Assembly (NCBI GenBank): GCA_009103225.1
Contig: RHPI01003729.1
Coordinates: 62,001 to 126,000 of the forward strand
DNA: 64,000 bases
From: Chlorokybus atmophyticus
Taxonomy: Eukaryota > Plantae > Mesostigma and Chlorokybus algae
Direction: 5' to 3'
Part shown: in pieces, positions 1-12,000 of the stretch
Numbering within the stretch: the first letter of the stretch is position 1
Layout: each line of letters starts with the position of its first letter
The notes under the pieces: generated by a model
What the model was told of the DNA's origin: nothing
The model's input: the letters and a program-made list of their open reading frames with translations, nothing else
The model's database searches: none
Made by a program: the position numbers and the translations under genes

Positions 1-68
1 AGCCCGCACACTTCGTGCACGTACCATGAGGTTCACATGCGTGCGTGTACAACAGTGTTGTCTCACAG

Positions 69-782
69 GGTGCGGATGCAGCGGGCACGGCGTTGTACAC
101 TGCCGCGCTCGTGGTAGTGACGGTGCAGCTGGCAACCATGGTCCAGTACTGGCCCTGGCCGCTTCACTTGGTACTATGGGGCAGCCTGGCGGTGTGGATC
201 ATTGCCATCACAATTGCGCCCGCGCTATATGGCGGCATCTTCAGAACCGCCCTTGCCCCCACAGTAGCCTTCTGGCTGTTCTTGCTGCTGATGGTTCCTG
301 CGCCAGCGGTTGTGGACTTCACCCTGCATGCAACACGGAGGTACATGGTTGATTCAGTCAGTGCAGCATTGCATCAGAGTGCGAGCGCAACTGCTGCTAT
401 TACTTAGTAGACTGCATGAGCCCGACTGTACACTGTAAATCTGCGTCCCATCTGCAATTTGCAGTACACTTGTTGTCTGGTCTTGTGGGTGTGCATTGGT
501 CGTGGACTCGTTAGCTATGATGGCAGGTATCTGAGACCAAAGCCTCATCACATAGCACAGGAGGTGATGAAGCTGCCCAAGGCGCAGTTCCAGCAACTGT
601 GTCACGCACGCAAGGCAAGGATGTCATTCCCTGGCAACAGCAATTTTACCACAAATGGCGCTGCCGATGCTGATGATTGGGAAGGGACTGCGGCGCCGGA
701 TGGACCGCTGGATGGAATTGAGCTGGTTGAAGCTAATGGCCAAACGCATTATCATCAGGGTGGTCACAACCATGCCGTATAG
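69..782 (+). CDS. C-terminal exons of a P4-type ATPase (phospholipid flippase, ALA/ATP8 family); 5' part lies outside the window
   Basis: Exons 69-340 and 527-782 (GT-AG) splice in frame to GTALYTAALVVVTVQLATMVQYWPWPLHLVLWGSLAVW...TALAPTVAFWLFLLLMVPAPAVVDFTLHATRRYLRPKPHHIAQE. This matches the last TM helices and the 'F(F)PxxxHIIQE' tail of P4-ATPases. Stop TAG at 780-782. Confidence 0.8.
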
Positions 783-1177
783 ATTTGTTTTGCTTGCTTG
801 GGCTTGGGCTTGTGCGCAGTGTGTAGCTTAGGGTCAGGATTGAATAAAGCCCGGTGCAGCGTAGGGTCAGAATCGGGTTGGCTAGCTTTGTAATTAAGTT
901 GAAGGTAATCTTGTCGTTGGCAAGTGGTTGAAACGTGGTCGATGCATTTCTTCCTTGAAGAGTGGGGTAGTTTTGATTGCTCTCTTGGACACCACTGTTG
1001 TACACGAATGCATACTATCACAAGCATGCCCAGTAAATGTACATAATGTGCTGCCTGCAGCGTCATAACAAGGATATGTGTACATGCTAACCCCAAGTCT
1101 CATTGGCTCTCCCACCACCAAATGCCAAACACACAAATGTTAACCTGCAATCACACTACACACACCGATGACCTGGC

Positions 1178-3314
1178 TCAACCACAGCATCTTTTCCTCT
1201 TGGACTGTTTGTGACTATTGCTATCCACTTGAATGCTTTCTGCGTCTGGAACAGTACTCAAGGTCAGTTCGTGAACAATGAGCTTAAGCACATGCAACCT
1301 GGCCATGGACGCAACAGCTGTGCAAGCAGCAATGGGCAAGCCCAAGTCCCGCAACACACCTGTAAGTGCGCGCCTTTGCTGCAGCGCATCGGCAGTGCGC
1401 AGCACAGCGCGTTCAAACAGTACCATTGCGACTCTCTCAAACAGCCATGTGACTGACTGTTCGTCTGCGTGAATCACACATGTTGAGCGGAGGTGAGCAC
1501 ATGTTGGTTTGAGTGTGAGTAGCAGTAGAGACAATCGACGCACCTTTTTTCGCGCTGACTTCAAAGTACTCTGCGTTCATCTGGGCTGCAAGAGCCTCTG
1601 CGTGCTCGCGTGATACGCCCTGGAACATATCGCCCTGGGAGGTTTATAAATACACAATGAGGTCACCAACGCACGCACCCACGCACGCACGCACACCCCA
1701 CGCATTCCACTGTCTCCAACTACAGGGTGTCACCACACTGCACGCACGTACACATCAACATGATACCTTGCAGCCGATCAGAAATACGCAAAACTCTCCC
1801 TTGGTGACTGCAGCCCTATTCTCCATCTCCACCTCCTGCACCCACTGTCCAACGCATGTTGGAACACCCACGCCTGCCCAGCATGGACGAAGACTACGCA
1901 AGACCACAAACACACGCACATACTTTGTGCACGTTGCGGAGGGATTCTATGCTCCCGAGGTCGAAGCAGGCGAGGCAGGCCCCGGCGCCCCTGTAGTACG
2001 CGCGCGACAGACTACGGAACTTTTCCTGCCCCGCCGTGTCCCAACTGAGACAGCACAAGTCCACATGATAAAAGATTGGGTGAGAGAGTTGCTGAGTCAG
2101 TGTGTGAGTTGAGTGCATGATAGAACGAGTCCGTGAGTGACTGGGTGAGTGGGTGGGTGAGTGAGTTGGTAGCTGAGTCTGTGAGTGAGGTATTGAGTGA
2201 GTGCGGTATTCAGTAAGTGGGGGTTGATGGGTCCGTCGGCGAGTTGATGCATTAGCGAGCGTGTGTGGGTGAGAGGGTCAAGGAGTGTGAGCTCTAATAA
2301 TGCAGCAAAGCTATAAATGGTCCGCGGTGGTATGGTTGAATGAGTGCTTACATGTGAAGGGTGAAAGTCATGTTGAACTCTTGAAGCAAGTACTTCTGCC
2401 AAAAGAAATCCACGCCAATTGTGCTCTGGTGCAGAAAAAGGAGTAAAGATATAGGAGACCCAACAATAACCTCACTTAGTCAGTTTGAAATACGTGACAT
2501 CAACAAGTACGTAATGTGCCTTTGCGAAGTAATATGCCATTGCGGTCACATGCTGGTGATGGTACTTGATGAGGTTGGTCGGGAAGGTTTCAACTATGCA
2601 AAAGTGTGGTATACCTTGTAGTTGGGAGGGAAGACGCCTTGGAAATACTTGAGCACAAGACACGTCTTGCCTGACCACACACGCATGAACAGCATATGTA
2701 TGTATGTGCGTAACGCATCACACATGCACTTGCTGTCATTGTTGTCATTGCAGCAACAGTGGGTTACAGTCGTTGTGGTAACAAAGGTTTTGTTCCGATA
2801 GACAGGATTCTGTCTCACCAACACTCTGGTCGCCCACCACCACTACCTTCTCGGTCAAGCCCGAAGCTTCCCTGCGCAAGAGGACAAGTGACGCGCACAT
2901 GCATATATGAGCGCATATGCCGTTGCATGCAATGGCATGTGGACATGTATGCACATGCAATTGGTAGACTGAGACAAACACAAAACAGTGAGAAACATAC
3001 TCACAATGCCACTGCTGGATTAGACCCAACAATGTCCGCCATGAAAGCTGGGAAAGTCCGGTTCAGCGCCGCATGCTTTGACAGGTCCAATCTGCGTCAG
3101 ATAATAGAAGTGTAGATATACCTGAACTCCCCCGCATTGTGTTTTGCATGTTCTAACCCTAACCCAGTCAACCAACACCCATGTTGACCACAACCAGTGA
3201 ACCAGTGAACCCACATGCATGGCTGTCACACACTGTCTTTCTTTCTCACCCTCCTGAGCCTGGCGGCCTCCCCCGTAGCCGCACCATCTCTTGAGCCCCT
3301 ACCGACAGCGACAT
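1178..3314 (-). CDS. RAB34: Rab34/Rab36-like small GTPase, 8 exons
   Basis: Spliced product has all G boxes: KVVVVGDQSVGKTCLV (G1), NYKSTIGVDFF (G2), WDTAGQEKF (G3), GCKGD (G4), EVSAKK (G5). It continues QSVTWLFERVAMVLFE (cf. Rab34/36 ENVREFFFRVAALTFE) and ends in a prenylation motif, KRKRCCG*. An N-terminal extension starts at ATG 3314. Splice phases were checked by hand. Confidence 0.8.
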
Positions 3315-3341
3315 CACTCCTTCCGCCACCTGTCAGCCGCC

Positions 3342-3497
3342 CTGGCCTGGCTTGGCTTGGCTTGGCTTGGCCTGGCCTGGACTAGACTGGCCTGGTCCGC
3401 TCTGGTCTGCCCTGTCCTGCAAGGTGCGCTTGCTAGAGATAAGAGTAACTTCTACTCAATTGTAAGGCTTAGTCCGGGCCTGGCTTGGCCTGGGCTT
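3342..3497. repeat. (CCTGG/CTTGG)n pentamer microsatellite in the Rab34 / serine hydrolase intergenic region
   Basis: cctggcctggcttggcttggcttggcttggcctggcctgg at ~3342-3381, with a shorter run at ~3477-3497. Confidence 0.85.
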
Positions 3498-3950
3498 GCA
3501 ACACGCCAGCTGCCAGCTGGACAGCCCACCTGAAAAGCCACGCCACGTGCACTCAAAGTGTGCCCCTGCGTGACATGCAGGGCAACACATGCCCCTGACA
3601 TAAGAAACTGCACCTAACCTACTATAAGGCCAGCACTGGCTGTGCCAATGCGGGCACAATCCGCACAACAACAGACTGTGACTCACAGTCCATGTCATTG
3701 CCACCATGGCCTTGCCACGTCAGCTCCACTCTGCGCCCAGATATCGTCTAGACCCACGATACTGATCAAGATACCCTGTTCTGAACATTTTTGCCGCCAA
3801 TTTCACCACACTGACAGTTGTCGTCATTGATGTTGATGTTGTTGATGTTGTTGTCGGCGGCTGCGGCGGCATTGGTGTATGTGCCAATGGTGGCGGAGGA
3901 GGAGTGATCCCATCTGTCTGCCGCCGTTCGCATCCATGTGGTGGAATCCC

Positions 3951-5583
3951 ATGGAGGAGCACGTGGCGGCGGCGGTGGAGGCCGCTGTCAAGGTTAGAGC
4001 AGGGGTGGTGAATGAGACAACATGGATTGCTAGGCTGGACAAATCAGACGTGCATTGCTACTGTGAAGTATGCGAAGAACATGTTGTACAATGCAAGTAG
4101 TATGATACCATATTGTGTGCTGTGAGCAAGAAGCATGACCCAACATACAACCACCTTTATGCAGCGAACTGCGGTTGGATCACACCTATGCGTAGTGATA
4201 AGTTGCATGGGTACCAGACACACATCTGTACTATAAGCATGTACTTAAAGAACAGACATGTTTCTCGTTTGTGAAATTCGCTCTCTAACAATGCTTTCAC
4301 CACAACTCAAACTGTACAACGTAGTTGTATGTTATTCTTATCCTAAATGTGATACACTCAATCACATATCTACCCTACAAATACATGCTCACAATGTGCA
4401 CCCACTATCATCATGCAGGAGAGGCAGACACCCGGCGCAGTCGTATTGATTGGTCGCACTGACTCCATCCTCTGCCACGAGGCGTACGGCTACTTATCAT
4501 CTTCATCCACAGCAAAGCAGCGCCCTCCCGCTCGAAAGGACACCGTCTACGACGTCGCCTCACTCACCAAGCCGCTCGCGACAGCTGCGGCCGTACTGCA
4601 ACTGGCGGAACGAGGTGGGATGGGGGGGTTGGGGTTGTTGTTGTTGGTGGTGGTGGTGGTGGTGGTGGTGGTGGTGGTGGTGTCAGAGTTGGGTGTGCTG
4701 CTGCTGCTGCTGCTGCTGTGATAAGCTGTTGTTGTTGTTGTTGTTCTTGTTGTTGTTGTCGTCGCTGTCGTCGTTGTTGTTGCCGCCATTGCTGCTCTTT
4801 TTGTTGTTGTCAAGTCACCCTCTCATTGTAGGCAAGCTGCTACTGAGCGACACGGTTGCTAGCCACATACCCACATGGTTGCCAACCACACCCACCACCA
4901 CCGCCACAACCACAACACTACCACCATCATCAAAGCGGCTCGACAGCACCGGCAGTGATCAACAGCAGCAACATCAACAAATACAGCAGCAGCGAGGGCG
5001 TGCTACGTTGAGACATCTCCTCACGCACTCGGCGGGACTGCCGGCATACAAGAACTATGCTGCCGACCCTGACTTTGCCAAAGCACCACTTGCGGGTGGG
5101 TGAAAGAATGGTGTTGTTGTGTGGTGTTGTGAGTGGGTTGTTGAAATGTGCGTTGGGAACAGAAAGGAGGCCGAAAGTGGTGCAGGACATATGCTCGCTG
5201 CCACTGGAGTACCCTGTTGGCCAGGTATGTGCATGCTTGCATGTGTGCGCGTGTACGTGCGGGTGTGTGCACGCGTACATGTACATATGTTTGAGTGAAA
5301 GTGTGCGTGTGTGCTGTGTGCACGTGTGCCCTATTGCCACTGCTGTTGAGGTGAGTGAGAGTGTTTGCGCGAGAGCGTCTGTGTGCGGCTTGTGCGTGCA
5401 TGTGTGTGGTCGGGTGCATGGGCATGCACGAGCATGCACATGCACGCACAAGCACACAGATGCTTGTTGGTGCTGTTGGGTTCACAGAACATGCTCCTTG
5501 CAGGGCTTTTCTTACAGCTGCCTGGGATACATCCTACTCGCAACCATTGTGGAGCAAGTCACAGGTTTGCTGGCGCACAACTG

Positions 5584-5631
<48 letters not shown>

Positions 5632-7602
5632 ACGTGCGTGCGCGAGTGCGCGTGTGGGTGTGGGTGTGGGTGGGGGTGGGATGGCCAAACGCATTATCAT
5701 CAGGGTGGTCACAACCATGCCGTATAGATTTGTTTTGCTTGCTTGGGCTTGGGCTTGTGCGCAGTGTGTAGCTTAGGGTCAGGATTGAATAAAGCCCGGT
5801 GCAGCGTAGGGTCAGAATCGGGTTGGCTAGCTTTGTAATTAAGTTGAAGGTAATCTTGTCGTTGGCAAGTGGTTGAAACGTGGTCGATGCATTTCTTCCT
5901 TGAAGAGTGGGGTAGTTTTGATTGCTCTCTTGGACACCACTGTTGTACACGAATGCATACTATCACAAGCATGCCCAGTAAATGTACATAATGTGCTGCC
6001 TGCAGCGTCATAACAAGGATATGTGTACATGCTAACCCCAAGTCTCATTGGCTCTCCCACCACCAAATGCCAAACACACAAATGTTAACCTGCAATCACA
6101 CTACACACACCGATGACCTGGCTCAACCACAGCATCTTTTCCTCTTGGACTGTTTGTGACTATTGCTATCCACTTGAATGCTTTCTGCGTCTGGAACAGT
6201 ACTCAAGGTCAGTTCGTGAACAATGAGCTTAAGCACATGCAACCTGGCCATGGACGCAACAGCTGTGCAAGCAGCAATGGGCAAGCCCAAGTCCCGCAAC
6301 ACACCTGTAAGTGCGCGCCTTTGCTGCAGCGCATCGGCAGTGCGCAGCACAGCGCGTTCAAACAGTACCATTGCGACTCTCTCAAACAGCCATGTGACTG
6401 ACTGTTCGTCTGCGTGAATCACACATGTTGAGCGGAGGTGAGNTGAGTACTGCCAAGCCCACATATACAAGCCCCTCGGCATGACAGACACGTGCTTTAA
6501 CCCCTCGGGCGAGCTCCTCGAGCGCTGTGCCCCAACAGAGCAGGTTTGTGTGACAGAGTGTCTCCTGGTTTGCATGGATTCTTGACATTTGCAACCAGCA
6601 CGACTCACGTGTGTCTGTGCTTGCACAAGACAGCTGCCTGAGGGCACACTTAAAGGAGTTGTGCACGACGAAGTTGCGCGGTGAGAGTGTGTGTACTATA
6701 TGCATACTGTAGCTGGGACAACATATACTGCGCCATCCAGCAAGTAATGTCATGTTCGTGTCAAGCAGTTACCTTGGCGGAGTAGGTGGCAACGCGGGCC
6801 TGTTCTCCACCGCACACGACATATCTATTCTCATGACACATCTGAACCGAGCTTTCCGGTACAGTTACAGCTGCTTTACAGGGTGAACACATACTGTGTC
6901 CTGTCCTGACAATGTTTTATGCCAACAGGAAGAGAAATGACACGCCTCCACCGATGGTGACCGTGTTTGGTGGCGAGCGCGAGGTGCAGTTCCCGCTGCT
7001 GTCTCCCGCGGCCGCTGCGGCCATGGCGCGACCCACCAAGCCCCTGCCCGGCACGGACGGCGTCCTGAGAGGACTCGGGTGGGATGTCCATAGCAGCCTT
7101 AGCGGCTCGGTGAGTTGTTGCTGCATGTTGCTTTCAATGCATTTTGACTATACTCGTGCCCATAGCACTCGCGCGAAGTCATGTACGTGCACGCACACCT
7201 ATGTGCGTGTCTGCGCACACTCGGGCATGCATGCACATGTAGAAGGCACAGGACAGCATACGCGCACAAGCATGCGCATGTGTGCATGTGGGTGACTGCG
7301 TGCTTCCGTCGGGTGCCATAGCACAGTTAGAGGATTGTTGCTGCTCTTTCTCCTGCTGGCTGTTCACACATAAATCTCTCGTACAGGTACGGGGGGACCT
7401 GTTTGTGCCTGGCAAGACTTTTGGACACACGGGGTATACGGGGTGCTCAATATGGGCGGATGCCTCTTCAGGCGTGTATTGCATACTTCTTACCAATCGC
7501 GTGCACCTTGGACGCGATCGTGACATATCGCGGCTTCGCTCGCAAGTTGCCAACATAGCGGCGTCTTCGGCCCTTCATGCATGGTCATGGGGTTGGGGTT
7601 GA
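3951..7602 (+). CDS. Beta-lactamase-fold (class C/AmpC-related) serine hydrolase, AmiE/YbbE-like subfamily; multi-exon, interrupted by a probable misassembled block at 5681-6443
   Basis: MEEHVAAAVEAAVK|ERQTPGAVVLIGR...YDVASLTKPLAT (SxxK), LRHLLTHSAGL, YSCLGYILLATIVEQVTG (Y-x-x motif), IYKPLGMTDTCFNP, KGVVHDE, GGNAGLFSTAHD, GHTGYTGCSIWAD...LLTNRVH (HTG motif). Stop TGA at 7600-7602. The start is uncertain (alternative in-frame ATG at 3879). Confidence 0.85.
4621..4810. repeat. Compound trinucleotide microsatellite (GGT)n(CTG)n(GTT)n in a serine hydrolase intron
   Basis: Directly visible between donor 4615 and acceptor 4831. It generates the poly-V/W/C/L/T ORFs in the ORF track. Confidence 0.9.
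5681..6442 (+). repeat. 762-bp direct copy of 736-1497 (P4-ATPase end and Rab34 last exon), ending at a single N; probable assembly artefact
   Basis: Sequence matches at offset 4945 and the ORF track gives identical translations. N at 6443. The block sits inside a serine hydrolase intron, and coding resumes immediately after the N (EYCQAHIYKPLGM). Confidence 0.9.
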
Positions 7603-9070
7603 TGATATGTATGTATGCAAGAACCAGCGGAAAGCCTATGCGTGTGTGCAAGTAACTTTATACGCATACATTGAAATTGTTTGTATAGCTAGCAATAGTG
7701 TAATGCTCGCGAGTTCTATGTGCATGAAGTCATGCCAATTGCTATTGTGTACATGTTGGGGACACTGCTTGTAGCATCGCATCGCAATACATTTGTGGGC
7801 AGCTGCGGTTTATATAAAGAAATAGGTATGGTTGGTTACTCTCTTAGCCAGATCTCAGACAGTGGCATCAATTACAACTATGAATGTGAGTTGTGCGGCC
7901 TGCGATCCAATGTGAAAGGGTGCGGCGGGTAAGTACTAGTAAATTGTATTACTTAAATCTGCAAGCAATGATTCAACAAGTACATTGCAAAAATGGACTC
8001 CGTGTACATCTTTCTCTCCTTCTCTTCGACTTAACCACAAACGTAGGTTAGCAGGCCGTCTGAGAGTCGATACTTTATGCATGAGTATACAAGTGTGCCT
8101 AATATGTAGTAAGATATACACATGCTTGACGTATAAAATACCGCCATATCGCATATAATACGGTCTCAGAGTATGTCATATGACAAATCAGTGCAATGCA
8201 AGGGAAAGCATCTTGTGAGATGGCATGTCTACAAACAGTTTCTTGATTTTTATGTGACTGGTGTGTGCTTTAGGCTGATAAATGGAGACACCATTCACCC
8301 AAGCGCCCTCCCCTCCACCTCCCCTCTTCGCTCGAGGGAGGCTAGGCCTACTTGTATTCGTACGAAGGAATTGTATTGCAAGTAGTTGTAAGTCGCGCCA
8401 AATCACCTCTCAAGTTGGATTGACTCATTATACTTCATTCATGTATGATTGTGCGCGGCGGGACCATATCCGCGAAAGTTCAAGAGGGAGTTGGGGTTGT
8501 ACATTTTCTTAATTGAGCCATAGCATACATGTATCGGATTTCTCAATATTATGTTTCTGCTTATGGATCTATAGTGATTGTAAACAAACTTTTACAAAGT
8601 ACTTTCACTTGATGTGAAACATACATTGATGTTATACATGGGATATGCGTTGTATAATGCTGATATCGTAATTCTATTTACGCTGCATGATAAGATATAT
8701 ATTCAGTGATGAACAAACGATGATACATATCATGCTGATTACTTTGTCACAAAGTCATGGCACACACTCTAAAGCCAGCTTGGAGCCAGTGCAGAGTGTC
8801 ACATCAGATGAGCACAAACACAGTGTTTGAAACACTGGTTGCATGCACTCAAGTGAACAAGGAAAATGCTGCAGCGTGCACGTTAGGGACCCTAGGTACC
8901 CTAGCTTAGGGTACCTAGGCCTACATCTGAAAAATGACATGCTGTTATCTCAGGCATGCGCTTAACGCGAACCGCCACGGCTTCATGCGTTTCTTCCCGC
9001 CAAATCGTTGGCCATTCAAACCCACAAGTCACATCAACGCAAGGCCCATCCCAACCCTAGCGTGCCGGAT

Positions 9071-12000
9071 ATGTTGCCAGGTGGCACCTTCCCCTGCTCC
9101 TCATCCTCCTCCGTCGCCGTCGCCGCCTGCCCGCACGTCGTTGCCACGGCGGGCCTGTGGCGTCCTGGGGTTGCTCTTTGCAGGCGACTGAGAGGAGGAG
9201 GGCCGCCTCTCCGCCTGCTGCTGCCTTCTTTCGCCTCCAGGCCGTTGGCAGCCATGGCTGGAGGCGGCGGAGGAGGAGGCAGCAGGAAAAAACCAGCAAA
9301 GAATGGTGAGAAGGACGGCATGTTGGACGCCAGGCAGCGGACCATTGGGTCGTTCTTTGGTGGGCGTGACGCCAAGCCCGAGCCACAGCGCAAAATTAAC
9401 GCTTACTTCAACCAAGGCCAAAAGCAGCAGGTAGATTGCCAATTGCTTAGCTGTTGCTCTTACAGCTATCCACTGGCACGTTGTAGGTTGGTTCTTGTGC
9501 TTGTTTAAGCATCTCAGCAGTGCTGCATGTTAGGTTTTTGGCAATGCGTTTATATGGCTTCTGCTCATAGTAGGAAAGGCACAGTTGTACATGCAACGGT
9601 ACTCTGCATGTTGTAACGTGCTCCCTTGTTGCATGCAGATTGCGGCTGCAACCGAGACCTCGTTGCCATCTGAGACTACAAGCAATGCAACCGGGGCTGC
9701 AGAGGCTCCTGCTAGTCCACAGGTATTGCTGGATGCGCAGTGTTCCGTTGGGCCACCTAAGTGTTTTGTATGTTAACGTCATGTTGTCCAGCTGTACTTG
9801 TATTCATCCTAGTTACTTTTACAACATACCAAATGTTTTTAACGCATTATTCCGCACTCAAACAACAATCAAGCACCGACGTTATGTGTCCAAGCACGGA
9901 CGTTATGTGTCCAGTCCCAGTGCAAAGTCATTGGCTGTGTAGAAGTCAGTTCTCATGCATGAAGACATATGGCGCTCATTTATCAACGCTAGTCATTGTC
10001 AAAGGAAAGCTGCAAATAATGCACACTTTCATCTTCCAGGCCAAGCAAGACGTGCATGTGCAGGTGGAAATGCCGGAGGACCGCATTGCAGAGAGCGCGT
10101 CTGAGTTGGCGACTGCTGCTGCCACACCTTCACCACCCAGAGCGGGTGGTTCAGGCAGGAGACGTGCAAGTCGCAAGTCAGAAGCTAGTGGACTTGTGGA
10201 CAACACTGCAGCGACAGCAGCTGTAGGAGAGGAACCTGCTTCCCCAGCGTCGCCCAAAAGGGCTCGCAGGGCTTCCAGTCCTTCAACATCAAGCCCAAAG
10301 GCTTCCACCAGGAGACGCTCCTCTCCTGTTCGCAAGCAAGAAGCTGCTGCGCCTGTGGACATTGCTGCAGAGCCCGCAGCAAGTGCATGCACTACCACGC
10401 CACCAACAAACAAGAAACAGCGCAGGTCCTCTGCTAGTCCCTCAACAACATCAAGCCCAGGTGGTTTAGCTGAAACAAGTTCATCGCCTGCGCGCACTGG
10501 AGAAGACAGTGTGATGGATGTTGTTGAGCCCGGATCAGCACCCGCTACCAGCGTACCAGCATCGGGCAAAAAGCCGAGCAGGAGGAAAAGCTCGCCGCCA
10601 AGCACCCAAGGTGACCAAGATGGTGCTGCTCCAAAGGGCAAACGTCGCCGACTGGTCAAAGCACTGCAGGTGCTTGTTATGTGGGGTGACAGCCCTGATT
10701 ATGCTCACTTACCCGTTGACAGCTCAACCATTGTTCCATGCATGTACTCTTTGGCTTCTGATGAACTTGGCACCCCCAGCCCGCAGCTGCTGCTGTCACT
10801 GCGGAGTTGGACGAGGTGCATGACGTCGTAAAGGAACATGCAGACAGCGAAGTTCATGATGCTCCAGCCGGTAGCGTTGAGGAAGCAGCATCACCAGCGC
10901 CCAAGGGACGTGCTCGAAAAGCAAAGGCAAAGGCCCAAGTGGAGGTCTGTACATAGACTGCTTGAATTGCAATGTTGGAGTCTGTGGGTACGAAGCATCC
11001 TACTGTTCAACAGCACCTTATGTCATCAAGGCGCCTATGCACATGTGTGGGGAGGGAGAGGAGGGGCAGGGTGACCAGCTTACATGTGATCGTGATCAGC
11101 AGGATTCTGCCAGCGAAGTTGGCAGCGAGGTAGAGGACGATCTGCAAGGGTCCGAACAAGATGAAGTTGCCACTGAAAAGAAGGTGCTGAAGCCTGCCAA
11201 AGCTGCACCGAAGAAAGCAAAAGCACCTCGTGGCAAAGCCACTGAGAAGACAGTGGGCATAGGTAAGTAAGCCGCGTGCACACTGCAAGCGTGTTGCATA
11301 TGGGCATGTAAGCTTTGCCTACTTGCAGGAGACGGGTTGGTTGGCATGGCTGCCAAGCTGTTGAAGCATGATCCCCGCGAACTGGCCACCTGGAAAGATG
11401 GTTCGTGCTTGCAGTGGGCCTCACGCCCCAATACCTATGGTCTTGGCAACATTGTTTCTATTGCATATGACCCCGTGCTGTGCAACAGGTGAACCCGTGC
11501 CTTATTTCTTCCTTGCGAATGCATTCGACGAGATTTCCGAAGAGACACGTCGGTTGGTATGCAGACTGGTGGTTTCTCAATATGGTTTTCATGTGTCTGA
11601 ATTGCCACCTAAAAGAGCGATGTGGTGGCTCAATGCAGGTCATACAAGAGAAGATGTGCAACGTGTTTAGAACAATCATGGTGACAACACCAGCAGACCT
11701 GTTGCCAGCGGTGTACTTGACCAACAACACCGTTGCCCCTCCACATGAAGGGATTGAGCTAAACATCGGTGAAGCCACTGTGCTGAAGGTGGTGTACTTG
11801 TGCAACCGCCATGCCCCCTCTGATATTAGCCTTATATACAGTGCTCTGCTGTTACATGACGTTTACCTCCACTTGTGCACTTATGTGTCGTTCGCTGCAT
11901 CTCAGCTAATGGCAGACAGCAACGCAGGCATTATCGCAAAGCACGGGCAGCAAGGATGCAACCATCCGAGCTGAGCAGCAAAAGCTGGGTGACTTGGGGC

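Noticed and set aside
4450-5800. Long ORFs rich in W/C/V/T/H (e.g. 4450-5103, 4930-5457, 5057-5776)
   Set aside because: Translations of intronic microsatellites and (GT/CA)n tracts. Only parts are real serine hydrolase exons.
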